Below are positions 55,637-64,000 of a DNA stretch of 64,000 bases, piece after piece. Each line of letters opens with the position of its first letter. Position 1 is the first letter of the stretch. Origin of the DNA: an uncultured Nitrososphaerales archaeon (GTDB taxonomy: Archaea; Thermoproteota; Nitrososphaeria; Nitrososphaerales; Nitrososphaeraceae). Both the position numbers and the translations under genes were made by a program. The notes beneath the pieces were generated by a model. The model did not search any database. It saw nothing but the letters and a program-made list of their open reading frames with translations, and had not been told where the DNA came from. The stretch covers positions 128,001-192,000 of the forward strand of contig CAVQMO010000012.1 of assembly GCA_963713605.1 (NCBI GenBank), written 5' to 3'.

Positions 55637-56074
55637 ATGACTGTTCGAATTGATCTAACCAAGGAGGCTAAGGCCTCTGTTCAACATGTCCTGGATTATT
55701 TCACGAATGTAGAAGAGCTGCCTCGCTTTCATCCAGAATATATTAAGAATGTCAGGATTGTTAGTAGGGAAGAAGGAGAAAATAATAGTATCGAATTTGA
55801 GCAAGAAGGTTCATTTCATGGTAAGAAGATAGCGTCAATTAATAGGCTCACAAGACTTGGCAAGGAGAATACTATTCGAATAGAGATAATAGATGGAAAT
55901 GGTAAAGGAAGTATAACGACCATTAGATGCCAGGAAGTGAATCCGGGCAACACTCAAATAAGATTAGAAGGGGAACTTCACTATGGAATATTAGAAAAAT
56001 TCCTTAGTAGATCTATTCAGGGCATTACCGAGAAAACTTTGGAAGAAGATGTTCATAATCTCGAACAGAAGTAA
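55637..56074 (+). CDS. SRPBCC/START-like (polyketide cyclase) protein
   Basis: VLDYFTNVEELPRFHPEYIKNVRIV pattern. Confidence 0.75.
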   Translation: MTVRIDLTKEAKASVQHVLDYFTNVEELPRFHPEYIKNVRIVSREEGENNSIEFEQEGSFHGKKIASINRLTRLGKENTIRIEIIDGNGKGSITTIRCQEVNPGNTQIRLEGELHYGILEKFLSRSIQGITEKTLEEDVHNLEQK

Positions 56075-56383
56075 GAAAAAGTTTTTTGAATAAGACAGAT
56101 AAAAGTTGATAGATAATGCCACTTAATTTTCAAGAAATGAACAGAAATCCTTCAACAAAATATGTATAGAAAAAGGTCTAGAGCGTCAAAGAAAATAAAT
56201 GAAATTAAGGATCAGATAGATGGTGGGGGCAACAGTCAACGGGATTGTTAGTGATCCATCCATCAGATGGTAGCCATCAACAGGATCTAAGGACTTTCTA
56301 GAATCAACCTCGTGAAAAGTGGTAAGAAGTACGAAAGCGGTTTCACATTAAACTTTAACTAGTTTCATATTATTGGTGTTTGC

Positions 56384-56569
56384 ATGGCAGCAATTACAGA
56401 AGATATTAAGAAAATGATAGACATGGGCGAGTCACTACCACCGGATAAGATAGTGGGTGGTCTAAAGTCTGTAACTGTATTGGAAGGTAAGGAAAGTGAA
56501 TTTGAATCACTCTTTACAGAATTAGCAGCGAAGATTAGAGACTATGTTAGTAGTAATCACTATTGGTAG
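56384..56569 (+). pseudogene. Truncated ABM-like protein
   Basis: VTVLEGKESEFESLFTELAAKIR resembles the ABM first strand-helix; ends prematurely. Confidence 0.5.
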
Positions 56570-57250
56570 TATGGGATACAAATGAGACAATAGAAAAACC
56601 CGCAACCAATAAAGGTGTGGGAAGGGCTTATAATGAAAATAGAGACAAGTTGTGCTGTACAGATATAGCTAAGTGGGACTGGATGTAGTCCTCATAAGTA
56701 TAGGTGGACATAAAAATGGGCCAACTAACCGATTAAAATATGATATATGGGCTATCAGACTTGAAAACAGTCTTGTCCTGAAGCCAGTCTCCTTCTTACT
56801 TCTATGAGTGCAAAATGACAGATATTACTTTTGGCGTAACCCTATCTTACCCAGATAAATCGTAATGTTTTCGTTTTGTTTGATGTATTATTAATCATTA
56901 AACTCTATGAATTGTCAAATGTGCTAGATAGAATTCTATTACGATATTGAGGATATCTAATCTAAGGGATACCATCATTAATTACTTGTGAGGAGAGAAA
57001 GACGATTGAGTTTCAATCAAGATAAATCGAGGACAACAATCCGGTCAGTATTTTCTCTTTCAAATATACCAATATTAGTTTCTCCCAGAATAGGAAATAA
57101 AGACACTATTACGAAATTTATTTCTATCAATCAAGTCCTTATGCAAGATATAAAGAGACTTCTAAATCTCTAAGATAGAGAAAAATTCTTAAATCTCATT
57201 TTTATGCCTTAATCAACTCTTGCCCCCCACTCGTGTGTTTCCAGAGTTTT

Positions 57251-57390
57251 ACAAGATACGGCGGAAAGGTGCCACATACCATAATTTTAGTACTTCCTAA
57301 GGATTGGGCGATTTCTCTAGAAGATCCTAATGCGAACACAACGGAATGCTGCCAAGTTTGCAGTATTAGCTAAGATATAAAGCGAGCTTG
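57251..57390 (+). pseudogene. Decayed paralog of the 10394-10672 protein
   Basis: PKDWAISLEDPNANTTECCQVCSIS*DIKRA versus PVDWAIDLEDPKKNTVQCCQMCSIQEDIKRV. Confidence 0.85.
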
Positions 57391-57682
57391 GCTATATTTA
57401 TGTTTATTCAATAAGAAGGATGTAGAGGAAATAAGACTATCCGTCTTCTAATGCATCTATTAACTACTCGAAATGGAATAATACTTTTACTCCTGTCAAT
57501 CTTTGTATATAGTAGTATTTTCTTCTACAATTGATTCTTTTTTGAATTATTAGATGCCAGTAAATAATGCAACACCGTTGAATTTATAGAGCGATTGAAC
57601 GCATCGAATATTACATACGAATCATATTCTGATTTAACTCATCTATTTTTCGTAATAATCTCTGACAAATCTCATGCCTCTT

Positions 57683-58681
57683 CTAGCTTTCCTCCAAAGC
57701 TAGCGAAATTGGTAAGTGATCACTAAATCCCTTCTCATTCAAGCTCTTATCAGATGGTCTGCCAAATTTGATTGGATGTTTATATCTGCCTGTAACCATC
57801 TCGGGGAAAATTACAATCTCTGCCGTATCGACCTTGAATTTGGTACCTTCTACAATTCCTTTTGATACCATGAACTGATCCAATAGATTTGGGAAATTAC
57901 TAAAATAAAACGTTCCAACACCACTTGCCATTATAGGCCACATTAAATTGTAGAGCCTGGGAGCATCCTTTGATAGCTTAACTTTAAGTATGCTAGTAGT
58001 GGCCAACGAATAATCTGTCACAGATCTGTTGAATGGTTCGTCATTAAAATCTCCCATAACTAAGACTGCAGTATTCCCTCCTTCATCATTGCTGTTTTCA
58101 TCCAATATTCTCTGATGGAAATAACTCAGAGTTTCTCCTGCTATCATTCTATATGGCTCTGATTCATATTGTCCTCCACTTCGGGAAGGCCAGTGATTCC
58201 CAATTAATACCAATCTGCTGTCCGATCCTTTTGTTTTGAAATTTACTTGTAATATATCACGTGTAGCTTCCCTTTTCATAATATAATGTGAGAAAATTAA
58301 CTTCTCGCCGCTTGGATCTTTTTCGATTTCAAATTTTTTGGCATCGTAGATAAAAGCTACATCAATTCCTCTGTTGTCTTTGGTGTCTGCATGAACTATC
58401 TCGTATCTATGTTGAGGTAAGTGTTTCAGTCTATCTGCTAATTTTTCAACAACCCACCTGTTCTCAACTTCACATATACCCAAAATATCAGGTCCATTGT
58501 TTTCATTCATTTTAGAGATGATCTGTGAAATTTGGGCTATTTTTCGATTAAGAATTTTTTCAGACCATCCTTTTACCTCTTTCTTTATCGTTCTAGCGAG
58601 TTTTTCAGTCCTGCGAGGGGAGCCGTCTATGTCAAAAAGGTTTTCTAAGTTCCACCATGCTACAAAATACTTTTCTCCCAT
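57683..58681 (-). CDS. Endonuclease/exonuclease/phosphatase (EEP) family protein
   Basis: WNLENLFD, GICEVEN, NHWPSR, MGDFNDEP, GFSDHLPI. Confidence 0.93.
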   Translation of the reverse strand: MGEKYFVAWWNLENLFDIDGSPRRTEKLARTIKKEVKGWSEKILNRKIAQISQIISKMNENNGPDILGICEVENRWVVEKLADRLKHLPQHRYEIVHADTKDNRGIDVAFIYDAKKFEIEKDPSGEKLIFSHYIMKREATRDILQVNFKTKGSDSRLVLIGNHWPSRSGGQYESEPYRMIAGETLSYFHQRILDENSNDEGGNTAVLVMGDFNDEPFNRSVTDYSLATTSILKVKLSKDAPRLYNLMWPIMASGVGTFYFSNFPNLLDQFMVSKGIVEGTKFKVDTAEIVIFPEMVTGRYKHPIKFGRPSDKSLNEKGFSDHLPISLALEES

Positions 58682-59098
58682 ACTAAGTAAACGATAAAGT
58701 ACCTTTAGTAGTTTGATAGGATTAGCTTTTGATTTCTAAGAGGTAATGTTTAGTGATATCCATCCTTCCATTTTTTATGATGTACATGTGGGGAAGATAG
58801 ACAGTGTTTTTTGTGGTCTGGATACAAATATCACTATTCTGAAGTCAAGAAACATGTATAATTCATACATTTATGTGAGTCTTTAACTTCCCACGTTTTC
58901 GGTCGACACAATATAATGACTGGAGAATGTTATTGTAATCATATGCCTCCCCGCAGCTATAGGCTCTCAATAGAAAGCTCATGTAAACAGTCGTACCATG
59001 CAGATATTAGATCGCTTTTCTTGTAAAAAAAGAGATGTTAACTAATAGTCAGTTCAAAGCAACGAACTTATGGCGTATATTTATTACAACACTGTTAA

Positions 59099-59473
59099 AT
59101 GTCCAATGTTACACCAGAAGAAGTACTTTATTCTGTAGCCGAATGTATCAATACTGGGAATCTAGATTCATTGATGATGCTTTATGAATCTGACGCATGT
59201 TTTGCCTCCCAACCGGGGCAGTTCATTAAGGGTAGAGAAAGTATACGTCAAAGTATACAAGGATTCGTAGATATGCGGGGTAATTTAGAATCCAAAATAA
59301 AGAGAGTACTTCAGGCAAGTGATCTTGCACTTGTAATTAGTGCCTGGTCTTTCAGTGGAACTGGGCCTGATGGAAATCCTGTTAATTTTGCTGCCACCGC
59401 TACTGACGTCCTACGTCAACAGTCCGATGGTACATGGCGTGTTATTATAGATAATCCTTGGGGAACAGATTAA
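59099..59473 (+). CDS. NTF2/SnoaL-like YybH family protein
   Basis: DVLRQQSDGTWRVIIDNPWG signature. Confidence 0.9.
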   Translation: MSNVTPEEVLYSVAECINTGNLDSLMMLYESDACFASQPGQFIKGRESIRQSIQGFVDMRGNLESKIKRVLQASDLALVISAWSFSGTGPDGNPVNFAATATDVLRQQSDGTWRVIIDNPWGTD

Positions 59474-59972
59474 CAATTGATTGATTCCTAATCATCATGA
59501 TTAATGAATATCTTATGTAAACTATCCAGCGGTCGATTAATTAGAATAAGGTCAGTGTCTTGTTATTGAACACAAGATTACCTGTTTCAGATACTTTGTA
59601 ACTACATGCAGTTAATACCCTCACTAAGACAATCTTTGATCATGTTAATCAAGTTATAGAGATTGGTTGTATACTTTATTGGTTCCAGTATATGGAATAC
59701 GACCTAAGTGAGTACTATGAACGGTACACAGAAGATGAGGTCTGGCAGATGAGGACTGGAGTTTGGCAAACAGATTAGCTAAAAGTACTATTGGATTATC
59801 AGAGCTTGATAAAGCGATAGGAGATGTGGAAAAGACAGGAAAAGTTAGTTTTGATAAGAAAGAGGATACGGGAACTTTACAGTAACTTTCAAGAACGATT
59901 GGATGAAATACTGAAGGTATATTTCTAGTAAAACTATTGGCCATCTACACCATTGGATAAATCCTTTCAATC

Positions 59973-60521
59973 TTATCTTTGGATAGTTGTTGATGGTTGT
60001 GGTTTACCAAAAAATGCTTTAACGTTAGGTCGATAGAGATAATACAGGATCACTCCATTAATTGCTAGACCTATTATGTGAGAAATAATTTCGGATATAA
60101 GAGCATTGATGTCACTAGAAAAGGATGCATTAAACATACTACTCAATATTATAGAAATGATTTGTATTGCTATTGCTATGATACTCAATATGACTGTTAC
60201 AGTCCATGCCCATCCTTTGCCTTTTAGGAGGCCATAGGATACCACTAAGTATCCGATACCAACAGCAAGGATAATGGCACCTATTACGATACCGATACCA
60301 GCAAGGAACTGAGTTAGAGCTTCCAGTTCCGCCGGATTCTGAATTTCTGGTTGCAGTTGTTGTTGCTGCTGCTCCGAGATAATACTACCGATAGGAACTG
60401 AAACAAAAAATGCTCCAAGTGCGAGTAATGAAATTCCACCGAAACACAGTAGGATCCCACCAATAATAGTGAGAATGGCAATTATGGTGACTCCTGTAGG
60501 TCTTTGTAAGGGCTGTGTCAA
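59973..60521 (-). CDS. Four-TM membrane protein
   Basis: RPTGVTIIAIL...YGLLKGKGWAW...YYLYRPNVKAFF. Confidence 0.85.
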   Translation of the reverse strand: MTQPLQRPTGVTIIAILTIIGGILLCFGGISLLALGAFFVSVPIGSIISEQQQQQLQPEIQNPAELEALTQFLAGIGIVIGAIILAVGIGYLVVSYGLLKGKGWAWTVTVILSIIAIAIQIISIILSSMFNASFSSDINALISEIISHIIGLAINGVILYYLYRPNVKAFFGKPQPSTTIQR

Positions 60522-60862
60522 CTTGTCTTGGGATTATGTTTCAAAGAAGTTGAATAAAAGGGATTTAGAAAATTTCCCAATACTTTTTAGTGAGCACTCT
60601 AGTCAACCAAATATTAACCACGATTTAGACATTCGTTTGTGGAATTCTGGTGCGGGTGTTACTTCCGTGAGCCAGCTGGATTCTGTTACTTCAGAGCTAC
60701 AGGAATTGTGGCAATCTATTTTATTGATTGATTTGCAATTTAATCAGGCTTATGAGCAAGGAACTGATACAACTCTTTTATAATATACAGAGTATGCGAC
60801 TACATGAAAAAAGTTCTTATTGTCTTGCTATCTCATAACCAATTAATATTTTATGGTAAAAA

Positions 60863-61245
60863 TCATGGAAGGTTGAGCGACCTATCCACTAAACCTGCAA
60901 ATCTTAAGATTTCCGGAGGAGTTGGTTCCCTTTTAAGTCGTCTGTAAGTATTTCTAAATGAGTCCCATAGCTGCGAAGCTTTGTAGAGATGATCTTTCGT
61001 GTAAAGCCCTTGCAAGTTGGCAAGCCGCCAGAGCAAATTTGCTTTTCCATTCAAGTGGTACACTATGATGTACTTCTATAATTCTCCTCTTCAATCTTGG
61101 ATACACTAAAAATACAACACGGGCTTCCCCGTCTCAAAATACTATCAGGCCATGGGTATTTGGGAGGAGTGGAAGCCTTACCAGTTATAAGATATTCAGA
61201 CAGTCCGCTCTCAGCACTCATGATTAACATTTGCACTTCCTGCAT
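60863..61245 (-). pseudogene. Hypothetical protein, interrupted
   Basis: Two abutting ORFs; function unknown. Confidence 0.3.
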
Positions 61246-61539
61246 TCAAAATTCAATAACAAACTCCGGATCGTCCCGGAATCGACTTATAAACTGAGAC
61301 GATGGAAATGAGCGTTCTAAATATGGTATAGGTTGGAAAATGTCTCTTGAAAACGTACTTGCTATAGCATAGGAACTTCGTTGACATGGTTCACACTTAT
61401 GCAGCTGTGGGTTGGGTTTTGCCACAATTTAATCCGCCGCTGTTTAGTTTGATATCAAAAATACTATTATTCTGAATCATACACGAGTAAATTGTACAAA
61501 CAAACAATTTATATACTCATCAAGATTTAGATTATAACG

Positions 61540-61740
61540 ATGAAATCGAGACTTTTAGTTGTAACTATGGCGACGGTGATGGTAATTGCCATGGTTACAC
61601 TAGCAAATTTTGGGATTGGTCTAGTATCGGCACAGACAGCTGACAACGCTACTACGGGAAATATGACTGGCGGCAATATGACCAGCGGGGTCTGCCACGG
61701 AAGAAACTGGTGGCATAGCCTGTACACCTACACCTTATAA
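61540..61740 (+). CDS. Small secreted NMTGG-repeat protein
   Basis: Signal ending VSA; NATTGNMTGGNMTSG; tail may be frameshifted. Confidence 0.65.
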   Translation: MKSRLLVVTMATVMVIAMVTLANFGIGLVSAQTADNATTGNMTGGNMTSGVCHGRNWWHSLYTYTL

Positions 61741-62511
61741 GGCGTGTTGAGAGCGAGTAATGTAATATTATCCTTTTTTCTTTTTTAATCGAAATCCTAG
61801 TTAATTCAAAACATTAATTTGTTACTAATTCGAGAGTAACAAAGATCTGAGTCGTCTACCATTCTTTATTGTTAATGAAATCTTGAAGGGTCTGAACTGT
61901 CTTTTCTAATTCATATACTCTCTTCGTAAAGTTGCTAAATTTGATAATCATACCCTCGTGTGCTATTAATCCTAGTAAATGTGACATGATCCATTCCTTC
62001 TTATTCTCCAGCCTTAATCTATCTAAATCTTCTTTTCAAATACTGCTTTCATCTCCAGATATTCACCGTGTGTGTTTTCCTGCTCTAAATCTAGTTTATC
62101 CTCTTCCTTTCTCAGGCTATCCATTAAAGTAAGCATATGAATGGTGTACCTTCCCATAGGATCCTAAAAACTTAAGTAGTCTAGTAATATAGGTTTTCAG
62201 CAGTTGCTGTTCCTTTTCCAGATACCATTGAATTGAAAAGATTTGCTATGAATTGTGTTAAAGGAAAGATGAGCGCTTGCGGAAGGATGTTGATCATTGT
62301 CTTCAAGATTTGCACCTTTCCCGGCGTTATTGTTTTGTCTTGCTAACATAGATCTATTAGGAACGTTAGTCTTAGACAGGGACCCAGTAACAAAAAAAAG
62401 GATACCAATTGATACTACAGGGAAAGTGGATTTATCGCTTTAGTTATCTTCAATTGATAGATATCCGACCGGGCACCAATGAGAACAAATAATGTTTTCA
62501 TCAAACGAATG

Positions 62512-64000
62512 TCACAAGCCTACTCGATTTACAAAGAGAAGAGGTTCCTCGAACCCATCACTGTCATTAGAGAAGTATCCTCCTCGGCTTTTGCCATTGC
62601 AGGGTGTTGAGGGAAGAGAAGCAGCATTAATCAAGGCATTTTTGATTTCAAGAGGGGTTGCAAGTGGATATTCTGCTTTGTACAAAGCAGAATATCCTGT
62701 CACATGAGGGGCTGCCCATGCTAGTACCGCTTTCGAGACCGTACTCGTCTTTAATGAATGTTGAAAATATTTCTGTTCCAGGCGCTGAAATGTCTATTGA
62801 AGGACCAAAGTTACTGTAGTTGGCAAACGTATCATCACGTCCGGCAAAAGTTACTCTACCTAATCCACCACATCTTCCGTCGCTGTCAGCAATAGCCGAA
62901 ACTGCTATAACTTCTCGTGCACTAGCTGGCGAAGTAGAACTGGCATCAATAGCGCTGTTACCAGCAGCAGCTACAATTGTTACCCCCGTACTTACAGCTT
63001 TTTCTATTGCCTTATTTAGCAAGCTTGATTTGTTATTTTCAATACTTAGGTTAACTACATCTATTTCCTGTGAATGTTCTATCACGTAATCCAGGGCCCT
63101 TATTTGACTAGAGACTGGACAGTCGCCTCTGATGTCACAGACTTTTAACGCCCACAGTCTTGCTCCAGGAGCTATACCAATTACTCCGAGCGAATTATCG
63201 ATAGCGAGCAGCCGTTCCAGCAACATGTGAACCATGTCCATTATCATCATTAGCGGACGTAGTATTTTCAACAAATGTTTCGCTTCTATAAATATTTAAA
63301 TCCGGATGAGAATTACTTATACCTGTATCAATAATTGCGATATCCGCGTTAATATTGCTGGTTGACGATAATAAACTCATGTTTCTAACCGACCCAACCT
63401 CTGACTGATTTTCATTTTCGATGAATTCATCGACCCTTCCTAAGCCTGTTGGAATAGTCTGTAGACTCTTCTGATCGAATGATGTTCCTTGTGTTATCGA
63501 GGACGATGCTATGTGACCTTCTTGGTCTGGTTCTATAGACAATACATTTGGATCATTAGCAAGTTCTTTAAATAATACATCGTCCATAATACGTAATGTT
63601 AACCCTTTAAAAGCGTGCTTAAAGACATAGACTAGCTCTGCACCTCTAGAATTGTATTTATCTGCAATCAATTTAGGGTCATCCACTACACTATTTTTTA
63701 GTTCTATTATGTATTGAAAAGGTATTTGTTCATAAGGTAAAACCTTTCCTAGATCATGATTTTCCACAATATTTATGACTGGATCAGGTAGATTTTTGTT
63801 AACAGAAATGCTAATATCATGTAAAATGTAATTCTGTGATTGATTAGACATGTCTACTTCTTGAATATCATATGGAGAGAACCGTATATTCTCAAGAGTT
63901 ACTTCACCTTCAGTAGTATCAAAATCGTTTATGTCGTTGTCATTAACTAAGTAAGAGCCACCAGTAATGGTATAGGGGTTTGGTGTTATTAGATAGGAGG
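62512..64000 (-). CDS. Subtilisin-like S8 protease with I9 propeptide; two +1 frameshifts; 5' end beyond the window
   Basis: IIDTGI (Asp), HGSHVAGT (His), GTSM-A-APHV (Ser), AAAGN; shifts at ~63207 and ~62716. Confidence 0.9.

Noticed and set aside
61880..62330. Coding-like minus-strand sequence downstream of the subtilisin
   Set aside because: Multiple stops and no recognisable motif

Overview
AT-rich archaeal DNA whose gene families point to a soil ammonia-oxidising archaeon of the Nitrososphaeraceae (DUF6659-type protein, thaumarchaeal secreted domains, NMTGG-repeat micro-proteins, Nitrososphaera-type integrase tail). This is inferred from recognition, not a database search. The window is accessory genome: I found no rRNA, tRNA, CRISPR array or intact transposase. 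It holds stand-alone small enzymes (cupins, ABM monooxygenase, aldo/keto reductase, MBL hydrolase, GNAT, acetolactate synthase, matrixin, VOC, isochorismatase, serine hydrolase, EEP nuclease, subtilisin), many small secreted or Zn-finger proteins and many gene stumps. Single-base frameshifts are frequent, and some may be assembly errors. The best candidate for an undescribed system is a divergent copper-acquisition locus (28.0-34.2 kb). It pairs CopD and CopC-YtkA with three uncharacterised secreted His/Met-rich proteins and a His-rich membrane protein, and four of its promoters share TG(T/A)AC(C/T)ATA 4 nt upstream of the TATA box. The second candidate is a three-copy family of small secreted two-Cys proteins (SQANxCGN...CQN) with a conserved ~55-bp upstream element.
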